DNA from: Silvanigrellaceae bacterium | GTDB lineage: Bacteria; Bdellovibrionota_B; Oligoflexia; Silvanigrellales; Silvanigrellaceae | Assembly (NCBI GenBank): GCA_049423385.1 | Contig: JBMSQQ010000082.1 | Location: 1-15,354 of the forward strand | DNA: 15,354 nucleotides | Reading direction: 5' to 3' | Part shown: positions 1 to 9,325 of the stretch, piece after piece | Position numbering within the stretch: position 1 is the first letter of the stretch | How the letters are laid out: every line of letters starts with the position of its first letter | Translations under genes and position numbers: made by a program | The notes under the pieces: model-generated | What the model saw: the letters and a program-made list of their open reading frames with translations, nothing else | The model's database searches: none | What the model was told of the DNA's origin: nothing

Positions 1-389
1 GTGACCTTGATTGTTGCAACCTCACCTTGCCGCGTGACATTGGCCATGTTGCTCATTATGGCCATTCGTTCACCGCCGCGGCTTACGAATGGAAGCGACT
101 GGTTTGCACAAAAGACCATGTCGGGCAGGCCCTCCTGGGCATCAGCCTCGTGCACCGCGTAACCAAGGTTTTTGTACGTCGAGCGCAAGCTGTCCCATTC
201 ATTCTGAGCTTTGCCTTTGTCGAGAATGTGCAACGAACCGTCGGCTTTGCGCATGTGTGGATTGATGGGGTTGTCGACGTGAAAAAAGGTGGGTCTGACC
301 ATCAAGATGTGGCCGGCCAAGGGCATTTCAGGGGTTTGTCTCGGATCGAGTTTCAACTCCTGAACTCTCTGAATGACGCTGTATTTCAT
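1..389 (-). CDS. Amidinotransferase / dimethylarginine dimethylaminohydrolase (DDAH)-family protein, 5' part (runs off the window)
   Basis: Not in the ORF track. Manual translation from ATG at 389 (GAAGGAAG upstream) is open to the window edge: MKYSVIQRVQELKLDPRQTPEMPLAGHILMVRPTFFHVDNPINPHMRKADGSLHILDKGKAQNEWDSLRSTYKNLGYAVHEADAQEGLPDMVFCANQSLPF...SNMANVTRQGE. The LMxxPxxF, INPxM, A.xxW..L and GLPDMVFxAN motifs are typical of this family. Confidence 0.85.
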   Translation of the reverse strand, partial: MKYSVIQRVQELKLDPRQTPEMPLAGHILMVRPTFFHVDNPINPHMRKADGSLHILDKGKAQNEWDSLRSTYKNLGYAVHEADAQEGLPDMVFCANQSLPFVSRGGERMAIMSNMANVTRQGEVATIKV

Positions 390-539
390 CTGTTTCTTCC
401 TTCGCTGGGAAACCCGCAGCTTAACTCATTAGTGTTCGCCCGCAACGGGGTTGCCGGAAATCCATCGGTGTTTTAGCCTCAGCCTGACCACGACCTGCTT
501 CATCCAGTAGCGGTGTCCATCACCCTGACGAGAGGCTGC

Positions 540-1838
540 ATGCCGACCACGCTCAAAATCCACTCTTTGAAAGCCAAAGCAGGGCAAAAATTCCATCGCC
601 TGCAGACGTGCCTTTACAGCAATCAAATTGAGCACGTTGCGCAACAGGATTTGGAAGACAGTCGTTGTGCTTTTGTGGCCGCTGGAGCTGGGAGACTTCC
701 AGGTGTGTACTGCCGCGAGCAGCTCATGTCGGTTCGATTTCTTTCAACTCGTTGGTCCGAGGCATTCAAAGCAAACAACATCAGCCATGCCGCACTCGAG
801 GAATTGTTCCTCCAGGAGCTTCTTCATCTTAAAAACTCCAAGACAACCTTGGTTGGGCTTGCCAATGAAGCCGTGCGCTGGGTCCATGGCGACGCCGATG
901 GCATTCCGGGTATCGTTATCGATGATTATGGCCCCATCGTGGTCATCCAGTCCGGCTCACAATTCGGCGATTTTTTGATGCCATTCGTCTTGTCTGCGCT
1001 GTTGAAAGCAACAGATCAACCCGTGTTCGAGCGAAGTTCCGGACAAATCCGTGCACTGGAAAAGCTTCCGGAACGAACCCGCTGGATTCGTGAGCCTGGG
1101 AATCAAACTGAGCGCACCCAATTGGAAATTGTCACCACAACTCTTTCCGGACTCAAACTCTCCTTCCGCCCCCAGCGCTGCCAGAAGACCGGCTTGTTTA
1201 TTGACCAGAGAGAAAATCTTGAGCTCTTCAGAAAACTCACGCGAAGTTTTCAGGCGCGTTCGATGCTTGATCTTTGCAGCTATGTTGGAGCTTGGTCGTG
1301 CGCCGGTGCTGCCGCGGGAATTGCGGATTTCACTCTCGTCGATCAGGACAAGGATGCCTTGGAAATGGCTCAACACAATGTTGCAGCCAACGTTGCCAAC
1401 GGGATTTTGCACCGCGTGCAGGCTCACCATGGAGACCTCTTCGAAATACTTTCCCGCCTGGGCAAGGACAAACCACGATTCGATGCAGTTGTTGCGGATC
1501 CTCCTGCATTTACAAAAAGCGCAAAGCACATTCCGGAAGCCAGCCGGGCATACCAAAGACTGACCAAGCTCGCCTCCCGGCTGGTTGCAGACAATGGAAT
1601 TTATGTTGCCTGCAGTTGTTCTCGGCATATTGATGAAGAAGAATTTTTCAAAATCGTCAGTGAATCGCTCGATGCCGATGATTGGGTCTACATCGGCCGC
1701 GGCAGGCAATCGCCCGACCACAGTGTTCTTGCGACAGACAAACAATCCCTGTACCTCAAGGCGTTGTACTTTGTTCGTCGGGGAGCCCTGAATCTGCTTC
1801 ACTCACGGGATGCAAGCCAACGCGGAGTCCAAAATTGA
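540..1838 (+). CDS. rlmI: Class I SAM-dependent rRNA methyltransferase, RlmI (23S rRNA m5C1962)-like
   Basis: Motifs RWVHGDADGIPGIVIDDYG, QKTGLFIDQRENL, LDLCSYVGAWS (SAM-binding), FDAVVADPPAF, CSCS, and QSPDH...YLK. Start moved from GTG 513 to ATG 540, which has GAGG upstream. The N-terminal region is divergent, so substrate specificity is inferred. Confidence 0.75.
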   Translation: MPTTLKIHSLKAKAGQKFHRLQTCLYSNQIEHVAQQDLEDSRCAFVAAGAGRLPGVYCREQLMSVRFLSTRWSEAFKANNISHAALEELFLQELLHLKNSKTTLVGLANEAVRWVHGDADGIPGIVIDDYGPIVVIQSGSQFGDFLMPFVLSALLKATDQPVFERSSGQIRALEKLPERTRWIREPGNQTERTQLEIVTTTLSGLKLSFRPQRCQKTGLFIDQRENLELFRKLTRSFQARSMLDLCSYVGAWSCAGAAAGIADFTLVDQDKDALEMAQHNVAANVANGILHRVQAHHGDLFEILSRLGKDKPRFDAVVADPPAFTKSAKHIPEASRAYQRLTKLASRLVADNGIYVACSCSRHIDEEEFFKIVSESLDADDWVYIGRGRQSPDHSVLATDKQSLYLKALYFVRRGALNLLHSRDASQRGVQN

Positions 1839-3019
1839 AAATCAATCCACAAAAACACATTGTCATCGACGCTCGTGTTGTTGTGAACAACCAAAGCCAT
1901 GGAATTGCGCGTTATACGGATGAACTTGTCCGCAACTTGAAGCACCTTGAAAGCCCCTTCAAGTTCACTTTGTTCGTCAATGGAAATTCTCCGTTCCTCA
2001 ACCAGAAATGGCCAGTGAACTTCGAATTGCGCATCCTGAAGTCGAGCTGGATCAGTCTGCTGGGCCAATTCGAGATGCTGTCACATCTCAATCAAATCAA
2101 GGCAGACCTCTTCCATTCACCCAGCTTCATTGTTCCCTTCTTGAGCAACATCCCGCTCGTGACCACAATTCACGACCTGAACCATGTTGTGTTGTCGGAA
2201 AACTATTCCATTTTTCACCGATTTTATTACAGCCTTCTGTTGGCGCGCAAAATAAAGCGTTCGAAGGCCGTGATTACGGTTTCAGGATTTTCGCAAAGAG
2301 AGATTATCAACTTCTTTCAAACTCAACCTGAACACGTCAAGGTGATTCACAACGGAATCAATGAGCAGTTTCAAAATCCGTTGATGCGCGGTGACGCAGC
2401 ATTGGAACAAACGCTGCAAAAATTTGAGCTGCCCAACGAATATATCCTGTCGATTGGCAACAAGAAGCCTCACAAAAACATCAACCGGCTTGTGGAAGCC
2501 TGGTGCAGAAGCTCAATCAACATTCCCCTGGTGTTGTTGTCGGACTTTGACCCGGTTTTGCTGGAACTGGCAGAAACCTACCACAAGAAACACAATCTCC
2601 ATTTTTTGAGATTCGTGTCGAATGAAGAACTGCCGGCGATCTATGCTGGTGCCCGACTGTTTGTGTATCCGTCGATTTATGAAGGGTTTGGCTTGCCTCC
2701 ACTGGAAGCGGCAGCATGCGGCGTTCCAGTTGTGGTTTCCAATTGCTCCTCACTGCCAGAGGTCATGCGCGACTGCGCGCTCTACATTGATCCCTCCAAC
2801 ACCGAGAGCATCTCAAAAACCCTTGAGCAAGCTCTTGCAGACAGCGACGGGCAGGCGGATAGAATTCGAAAGGGAAGGGAACTCGTCAAATCATACTCCT
2901 GGACCAAGGCGGCCCAGTTGACCCACGACGTTTACAAACAAGTCTTGCTGTCTACAGACAAGGTTCAATCCATATCTGCGAGTCCGGAACTGAACGCAGG
3001 GGAACAGTCACATGGCTGA
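1835..3019 (+). CDS. Glycosyltransferase family 4 (GT-B; resembles LPS/O-antigen mannosyltransferases)
   Basis: Motifs IVIDAR...HGIARY, TTIHDL, VITVS.FS, KPHKN, and FVYPSIYEGFGLPPLEAAACGVPVVVSN (EX7E). The likely start is TTG 1835, overlapping the upstream TGA (TTGA) with GGAG at 1824-1827, rather than 1682. Confidence 0.9.
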   Translation: MKINPQKHIVIDARVVVNNQSHGIARYTDELVRNLKHLESPFKFTLFVNGNSPFLNQKWPVNFELRILKSSWISLLGQFEMLSHLNQIKADLFHSPSFIVPFLSNIPLVTTIHDLNHVVLSENYSIFHRFYYSLLLARKIKRSKAVITVSGFSQREIINFFQTQPEHVKVIHNGINEQFQNPLMRGDAALEQTLQKFELPNEYILSIGNKKPHKNINRLVEAWCRSSINIPLVLLSDFDPVLLELAETYHKKHNLHFLRFVSNEELPAIYAGARLFVYPSIYEGFGLPPLEAAACGVPVVVSNCSSLPEVMRDCALYIDPSNTESISKTLEQALADSDGQADRIRKGRELVKSYSWTKAAQLTHDVYKQVLLSTDKVQSISASPELNAGEQSHG

Positions 3020-4148
3020 CCCAACGAGCGCACCAAAGCAGAAGAAAACGATTGGATTGAACGGACGCTTTTTGGTTGCACAGCGCACAGGCGTTCAACG
3101 TTCTGCATATCGACTGTTCCGAAGTGTGATCGAACATGGTGACGACTTCAATTTCATCCTTTTCACGGGCGACAGCGAGCTTTTCGCTCCGGAATGGCAG
3201 CGTCCGAACGTCAAGGTTGTCACGAGCCCCCTGTCGCAACGCAGTGTCATGAGAAATTACGTTTGGGAGCAGATTGAATTGCCCCGATTGGCGGCCCGTT
3301 TTGGTGTGGACCTGTTGCACAGCCCGGCCAATCTGGCGCCATTGGCTTTTCGTGGCAAGAGCATCGTCAATATCCATGACCTTTGCTTTCTGGTGCAGCC
3401 GGCATGGTTTTCTTTCACGTTCCGGAGTATTTACCGGTGGCTCGTGCCACGCATTGCACGCAACAGTTCTGTCGTGGTGACAAATTCAAATTATTCAAAG
3501 AACGACATTCTCAAATTCCTCAATTTGAGTGTCGACAGAATCCGGTTGACCTACTGGTCGGTTGACCCAATTTTTTATGAGTACAATAAGCCCTATCATG
3601 AGCGGGAAGACAGGATCATTTTTGTTGGTTCACTCGAACCTCGCAAAAATCTGCGAGGATTGCTGAAAGGCTTTGCCCTCTTCAAGCAAAGAAATCCGCA
3701 GAGCAAGACCAGGTTGACTGTGGTCGGTTGCGAAAACCCACTGTTTGCGGACATTGGCATCAATCGCCAGGACGTGGGCAACGACGTGGACTTTCGAGGG
3801 TACATTTCGGACCGTGAACTCGCCGAGTTGTTTGGAAGCGTTCGTGCGTTGGTTTATCCCTCTTTTTATGAAGGGTTCGGCTTCCCTCCGCTTGAGGCCA
3901 TGGCGGCGGGGACACCCGTTGTCACCAGCCGAACTTCAAGCCTGCCCGAGGTTGTCGGTAGTGCGGCGTTGCTCGTCGACCCCTACTCCTCGGAAGACAT
4001 TGCCCAAAAAATCGCTCAAGCACTCGACCCTGAAGTCGCTGGAAAGCTTGTCGAACAGGGCAACGCGCAAGTCAGGAAGTTCAGCTGGGACAAGGTCGGC
4101 GAGCACATGATCAACATCTATTCCGAGATTTTGGCCGAACAGCCTTAA
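3012..4148 (+). CDS. Glycosyltransferase family 4 (GT-B), second paralog
   Basis: Motifs LNGRFL...TGVQR, WEQ..LP, NIHDL, FVGSLEPRKNL, and YPSFYEGFGFPPLEAMAAGTPVVTS..SSLPEV. Overlaps the previous CDS by 8 bp. Confidence 0.92.
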   Translation: MADPTSAPKQKKTIGLNGRFLVAQRTGVQRSAYRLFRSVIEHGDDFNFILFTGDSELFAPEWQRPNVKVVTSPLSQRSVMRNYVWEQIELPRLAARFGVDLLHSPANLAPLAFRGKSIVNIHDLCFLVQPAWFSFTFRSIYRWLVPRIARNSSVVVTNSNYSKNDILKFLNLSVDRIRLTYWSVDPIFYEYNKPYHEREDRIIFVGSLEPRKNLRGLLKGFALFKQRNPQSKTRLTVVGCENPLFADIGINRQDVGNDVDFRGYISDRELAELFGSVRALVYPSFYEGFGFPPLEAMAAGTPVVTSRTSSLPEVVGSAALLVDPYSSEDIAQKIAQALDPEVAGKLVEQGNAQVRKFSWDKVGEHMINIYSEILAEQP

Positions 4149-4233
4149 ATTATAATGTAAAATCGTTACAAATGATTGCTTGTTTTCCGTTGAACTGCGG
4201 GGTATGGCTGTCGCCAGTTCATTCGAGGATTCT

Positions 4234-6048
4234 ATGAGCAGCAATCAAAAAATTCGTAATATCGCCATCATCGCCCACGTTGACCACGGTAAAACCACGC
4301 TGGTGGACGGCCTCCTCCAACAAGCCGGAACCTTTCAGGCTCACCAGACAGTCGCCGAGCGCGTGATGGACAGCATGGACCTCGAGAGAGAGCGCGGTAT
4401 TACAATCGCCGCCAAGAACGCCTCGATGGTTTACAAAGACACACGCATCAACATCGTCGACACCCCCGGACACGCCGACTTTGGCGCGGAAGTGGAACGC
4501 ACACTGATGATGGTGGACGGAGCAATTCTTCTTGTTGACGCCGCCGAAGGATGCCTGCCGCAAACCCGCTTCGTTTTGCAAAAAGCACTTCAACGTCATT
4601 TGTCGATGATCGTTGTGGTCAACAAGGTCGACAGACCCGATGCCCGCGTGGAAGAAGTTGTGGAGTCCATCCACGATCTGTTCCTTGAGCTTTCATTTGA
4701 AGACCATCACCTCGACTTCCCTGTGCTGTACGCTTCAGGACGGCAAGGCTGGGCGAGCAAGAAGCTCGACGTCAAAACCGAGAACCTGGCAGATTTGTTC
4801 GACACGGTGCTGGAACACGTTCAGCCACCGCGCATCAAGGACCAAGGTCCTGTGCAAATGCTCATCAACAATTTGTCATACAACCCCTATCTGGGCCGTT
4901 TGGTGATTGGTCGCATTGAGCGTGGAAGCCTGACCACAAACCAGAACATCGCGGTTCTGGGCGAAAACGGCCGCGTGCAAACCTGCAAGGTTGTAAAACT
5001 GCGTGCCTACCGTGGTCTCGAGCAGGTCGACGTCGACAAAATCGACGCTGGCGACATTGCCATCGTTGCAACGGGCCTGACTGATTTGGCAATTGGTGAC
5101 ACCATCTCGGACGCCACAACACAAGAAGCACTCGAGCGTATCCAGGTCGACCCACCAACTGTGAGTGTTGAAGTATCGGTCAACACTTCACCGATGGCTG
5201 GACGCGAAGGCAAACCACTCACAAGCCGCAAACTTTATGAATTCCTCACAAAAGAGGCGATGCACAACGTTGCACTCCGTATCGAGGAAACAGAGACACC
5301 CGAAGTCTTCTTCCTGAAGGCCCGCGGCGAGCTGCAGATTTCTATCGTGATGGAAAATTTGCGCCGTGATGGCGGCGAGTGCATGCTCGCGCGCCCCAAG
5401 GTCATCACCAAAATGATCGACGGTGTGGAACATGACCCTATCGAGCGAGTGGTTGTCGACGTTCCCGAGTTCTCGGTGGGCGTGGTGACCGAAAAACTCT
5501 CGCTGCGCAAAGGTCGCATGACCAACATGCAATCGATTGGCGCAGGCCGCACGCGAATCGAGTTCTCGGTGCCCACCCGTGGATTGCTGGGTTACCGCAG
5601 CACGTTCTTGACCGACACCAAGGGTGAAGGGATCATGTCGAGCTATTTTGAGGGATGGGAACCACTCAAGACGGGTTTCCTGGTTCGCCAAAATGGAGCA
5701 CTGATCGCCGACCGTAACGGAAAGACGACGGAATATGCGCTGCACGGTCTGGAAGATCGTGGTCGTTTGTTCGTTCGCGAAGGTGAAGAAGTCTACGAAG
5801 GAATGGTCGTCGGCGAGAACAACCGCGACAACAACCTCGACGTCAACGTCATCCGCGAGAAGAAGCTCACCAACATGCGTTCGGCGGGAACCGACGACAG
5901 CACCAAGCTGTCGCCCATCACAAAGATGTCGCTCGAGTCTGCTATCGATTGGATCGACGAAGACGAGTGGATCGAAATCACTCCCAAGAGCATCCGCATC
6001 CGCAAGCGTGTGCTGCAGGCCAACCTGCGCAGCATTTCCAGAAAGTAA
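4234..6048 (+). CDS. typA: Translational GTPase TypA/BipA
   Basis: Motifs [64 protein letters not shown], and the BipA C-terminus [10 protein letters not shown]...[11 protein letters not shown]. Start is ATG 4234 with GAGG upstream. Confidence 0.97.
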   Translation: MSSNQKIRNIAIIAHVDHGKTTLVDGLLQQAGTFQAHQTVAERVMDSMDLERERGITIAAKNASMVYKDTRINIVDTPGHADFGAEVERTLMMVDGAILLVDAAEGCLPQTRFVLQKALQRHLSMIVVVNKVDRPDARVEEVVESIHDLFLELSFEDHHLDFPVLYASGRQGWASKKLDVKTENLADLFDTVLEHVQPPRIKDQGPVQMLINNLSYNPYLGRLVIGRIERGSLTTNQNIAVLGENGRVQTCKVVKLRAYRGLEQVDVDKIDAGDIAIVATGLTDLAIGDTISDATTQEALERIQVDPPTVSVEVSVNTSPMAGREGKPLTSRKLYEFLTKEAMHNVALRIEETETPEVFFLKARGELQISIVMENLRRDGGECMLARPKVITKMIDGVEHDPIERVVVDVPEFSVGVVTEKLSLRKGRMTNMQSIGAGRTRIEFSVPTRGLLGYRSTFLTDTKGEGIMSSYFEGWEPLKTGFLVRQNGALIADRNGKTTEYALHGLEDRGRLFVREGEEVYEGMVVGENNRDNNLDVNVIREKKLTNMRSAGTDDSTKLSPITKMSLESAIDWIDEDEWIEITPKSIRIRKRVLQANLRSISRK

Positions 6049-6059
6049 TTTTCTGTTCT

Positions 6060-6094
6060 AACCCCGGCCGGTCGCCGCACCCGCCGGGGTTTTT
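6060..6094 (+). terminator. Intrinsic (Rho-independent) terminator after typA
   Basis: AACCCCGGC (6060-6068) pairs with GCCGGGGTT (6083-6091), running into TTTTT at 6090-6094, just after the typA stop at 6048. Confidence 0.8.
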
Positions 6095-6131
6095 GTTGCA
6101 AACATTGAATGCATTTGCGGGGCTTCGCGTC

Positions 6132-9056
6132 ATGGCAATTCATCCTCAAACTCAGGCGCTTCTGGGCACACTTCAGGCACAAGGCCTGGATCTTTCTCCC
6201 CATCACAAATCTGCGTTTGAAAAATTGTCTGACGAACATCCGTCTGGAATTTCGTTGGCACAAATGGAAACGCCAATGATGAAGCAATTCCGCGAGGCCA
6301 AAGATGCAGTGGCCGATGGTTTGCTGTTTTTCCGCATGGGCGACTTTTATGAACTTTTTGGTGCCGATGCGATCATCGCTGCCGAGGTTTGCCAACTTAC
6401 ACTCACGAGCCGTGATCGCAATTCCGACAACCCTGTTCCCATGGCCGGCGTGCCAGTGGTCAATCATCGGGTGACTCTCAAAAAAGCTCTGGCAGCTGGA
6501 TACAAAGTTGCTGTGTGTGATCAGCTTGAAGATCCAAAACTGGCCAAAGGTCTTGTCAAACGTGACATTGTCCGGATTGCGACACCCGCTGTTCCTGGCG
6601 ACCTGGGTGAAGACGATGATTCCACATCTCCTTCCGGCACGTGGTTGGCATGTGCTGTTCCAGGCTCGACGGGCCAATGGGCATTGGCATTCGTTGATGT
6701 TTCCACGGGTACATTCAAATACACCGGGCGACTCGTCTGGACTGAGCTCGAACAAGAACTTTTGACCATGGGACCTCGTGAAATTGTGGTTCCCGGGGCA
6801 CATGTAGAGCGATTGACCGATTTTGCCCGAACACGCTTCACTCTTGTGCCAAGAGTTTCGCCTCTTCCCGCATGGATCATGAGATCACCTTCAGATGCAT
6901 TGCGTTTGTTCGAAGACTTCTTCGAACTGCGCAAGCTCAATGAATTCGGAATTCCGGCCATCGATGGTGCGCTGCACGCCATAGCGGGCGTCATGAATTA
7001 CCTGAAAGAAACCCAACGCGGCGTCGTCAAGAACCTCACAGAAATCGACTACCACGATGTTTCGCGCCACCTGGTGCTGGATGATTCGACCAAGCGCCAT
7101 CTCGACTTCTTCGTTACCACATCCGGTGAACGCAAAGGGAGTCTTTTCAATTTCCTGAACCAGTGTGCAACCGCCTGCGGTGCACGTTTGTTGGCGCAGA
7201 AATTAAATTATCCAGAAAAATCGGCAGCAATTTTGCGCATTGCACATGATGCAGTTGAGGCAATTTGTTCAAGTTCAAATGCCGAACGCGAGCTTTTCAA
7301 TGAACTGCGCAGCACGGCCGACCTCGACCGCCAGCTCAGCCGCGCGGCCCAAGGAAGCATCGACTCCAAAGGACTTGCATGGGTCGGGCAGACGCTGGCG
7401 AGAATCCCAACGATTGCGCAGATGATGAGAAACATCAACGGCAATGCGCAGGGCGTGGTTGCACTGGCCGACGAACTCGATACGAGTACAAAACAGCTCG
7501 CATCACTTTCGGATGAATTGGCACGCGCGCTTGAAAATGAGCCTGCATTGATCCCTGGAAAAGGTGGGAAGATCTTCAAGACCGGATATCATCCGGAGCT
7601 TGATGATCTTGTCGATCTCGAGGCCAATTTCGAAGCGAGAATTGCAGAACTGGAAGCGCATGAACGATCTGTCTCAGGCATTCCAACGCTGAAGATTGGA
7701 TACACACGGGCATTTGGATATTATTTTGAAATCTCAAAGGGAAAACTCTCACAAGTTCCGAAACATTTTGAACGCAAGCAAACCCTGGTCAACGGTGAAC
7801 GTTTCATCACGCCGGAACTCAAAGAACTTGAAGAAAAGGCTTTGTCTGCCAGCGAACGTCGCACAGCGATTGAACGTGAACTTCTGGAGCGCCTGCGCAC
7901 TCGCATCATCGACGATGCCGCTGCCCTGACAGCCGTCTCGCGGATCATTGCCCAGGTCGATGTCTGGAGATGTTTTGCCCAACTCGCAAGGGACCACCGC
8001 TGGAGCAAACCACAAATTGTCGAAAAGCCCGTCACGGCATTGGAGCAATGTGTTCACCCGATTTTGGCGGGTATGCGCACGACCGATACGAAATTTGTTG
8101 CAAACGATGTTCTGATGGGCGACACTTCGGGCATTCCTGCAAATCATTTTGGTTCTGCAACGGCAAGAAATCACGTCCTGCTCATCACGGGACCCAACAT
8201 GGCCGGTAAAAGTACCGTCATGCGCCAAGTTGCACTGGCACACACACTTGCTCAGATGGGTTCGTTTGTTCCGGCAAAGAGCGCAACGCTTGGAGTCTGC
8301 GACAAGATCTTCACTCGTATCGGTGCAGGCGATTTTGCATTGCGCAACCAGTCAACGTTCATGGTTGAGATGCTCGAAACCGCTCAAATGCTCCGGTTTG
8401 CAACTCCTTCCAGCTTGCTTTTGCTCGACGAGATTGGCCGCGGCACGTCCACCTACGATGGACTCAGCCTCGCGTGGGCGATCCTCGAAGACCTGGCAGA
8501 TCGCGTTCGTGCGCGTTCCTTGTTCTCCACTCATTACCATGAGCTCGTTGAAGCCGTTGAGTCGCGCAACAATGTTGTGCCCATGAAGATGGAAGTCGTC
8601 GAACAAGCGAACAAATCCGGCAGCAACAACATCACCTTCACCTACCGATTTTTGTCGGGTGCTGCCGGAAAGAGCTACGGAATCCACGTGGCACGCCTGG
8701 CGGGCATTCCCGAGAAAGTGGTGGAACGCGCAGGCGAGATTCTCAAAAACTTGTCTTCACACGACAGGCTGGAAGCTCCTGACGCGCAACCAGTGACGAC
8801 GACGCAAGCGGTTGCTCATCAGACAGAAAATGCATCCACAAATGCCAATGATAGCCAAAATCCGCTGGCGGAACTTTTGCTTTCAATTGATCCCAACGAG
8901 TTGTCACCACGTGACGCTCTTGAGATCCTTTTCGATCTTGTGTCGGCCGCAAAAAATTCACGACAACCAGCTGCAACCACCAGCATTGCCGCTCAGGCAA
9001 AGCGGCAGAACCGTAAGAAGCAGTGGGACCCACAGGTGTTGCCTTCATTGTTCTGA
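6132..9056 (+). CDS. mutS: DNA mismatch repair protein MutS
   Basis: TPMMKQF, LFFRMGDFYELF (mismatch-binding Phe-X-Glu), PMAGVP, Walker A ITGPNMAGKST, STFMVEM, Walker B LLLDEIGRGTSTYDG, FSTHYHEL, and SYGIHVARLAG. The track start at 5949 overlaps typA and is rejected. ATG 6132 is preferred, with ATG 6264 as the alternative. Confidence 0.96.
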   Translation: MAIHPQTQALLGTLQAQGLDLSPHHKSAFEKLSDEHPSGISLAQMETPMMKQFREAKDAVADGLLFFRMGDFYELFGADAIIAAEVCQLTLTSRDRNSDNPVPMAGVPVVNHRVTLKKALAAGYKVAVCDQLEDPKLAKGLVKRDIVRIATPAVPGDLGEDDDSTSPSGTWLACAVPGSTGQWALAFVDVSTGTFKYTGRLVWTELEQELLTMGPREIVVPGAHVERLTDFARTRFTLVPRVSPLPAWIMRSPSDALRLFEDFFELRKLNEFGIPAIDGALHAIAGVMNYLKETQRGVVKNLTEIDYHDVSRHLVLDDSTKRHLDFFVTTSGERKGSLFNFLNQCATACGARLLAQKLNYPEKSAAILRIAHDAVEAICSSSNAERELFNELRSTADLDRQLSRAAQGSIDSKGLAWVGQTLARIPTIAQMMRNINGNAQGVVALADELDTSTKQLASLSDELARALENEPALIPGKGGKIFKTGYHPELDDLVDLEANFEARIAELEAHERSVSGIPTLKIGYTRAFGYYFEISKGKLSQVPKHFERKQTLVNGERFITPELKELEEKALSASERRTAIERELLERLRTRIIDDAAALTAVSRIIAQVDVWRCFAQLARDHRWSKPQIVEKPVTALEQCVHPILAGMRTTDTKFVANDVLMGDTSGIPANHFGSATARNHVLLITGPNMAGKSTVMRQVALAHTLAQMGSFVPAKSATLGVCDKIFTRIGAGDFALRNQSTFMVEMLETAQMLRFATPSSLLLLDEIGRGTSTYDGLSLAWAILEDLADRVRARSLFSTHYHELVEAVESRNNVVPMKMEVVEQANKSGSNNITFTYRFLSGAAGKSYGIHVARLAGIPEKVVERAGEILKNLSSHDRLEAPDAQPVTTTQAVAHQTENASTNANDSQNPLAELLLSIDPNELSPRDALEILFDLVSAAKNSRQPAATTSIAAQAKRQNRKKQWDPQVLPSLF

Positions 9057-9192
9057 ATTAAATTTTTTATTGCTCATCCCAGGGCCTGCCGTTGATCAGC
9101 AGGTCCTTGACTTGAGCTTTCCCATTCGGCGGAATCGACAGCATAATCTCAGCAGGCTCGGATCGAATCAGCGTCTCGAGTTGCTATGCCTT

Positions 9193-9245
9193 TTGGTTCT
9201 AGGACAAATTAGCCCCATTGCGCTTTTAATCCTTGCGCAAAAGCC
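9193..9245 (-). repeat. Dispersed ~50-bp repeat, copy 1
   Basis: Minus strand reads GGCTTTTGCGCAAGGATTAAAAGCGCAATGGGGCTAATTTGTCCTAGAACCAA. It is 45/53 identical to copy 3 and 37/45 to copy 2 (hand alignment, no gaps). Confidence 0.85.
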
Positions 9246-9325
9246 TCGAGTCGCATTGTTGTGCTAACAGCGACCGGTTTGAAAACGGAAGCTGCATTCG
9301 CATCCAACCAAGAGCGGGCTTGAGC

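Noticed and set aside
462..487. Third sigma28-like motif (minus strand TCAGG-N13-ACCGATGG) upstream of the amidinotransferase gene
   Set aside because: The spacer is 2 bp shorter than in the two lipoprotein promoters and the boxes match less well.
4151..4208. Sigma70 promoter for typA (TATAAT at 4151-4156, or TTGTTT-N17-TATGGC at 4180-4208)
   Set aside because: The TATAAT has no well-spaced -35 and the second candidate is a weak match, so I cannot choose between them.
957..6803. Long antisense or overlapping ORFs (957..1802 -, 5188..5745 -, 5793..6803 -, 1051..1563 +, and others)
   Set aside because: These are shadow frames of well-conserved genes with no recognisable motifs.
9081..9107. 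Hairpin AGGGCCTGC-N9-GCAGGTCCT after mutS as a terminator
   Set aside because: The stem is real but has no adjacent U-tract on either strand, so function is unsupported.
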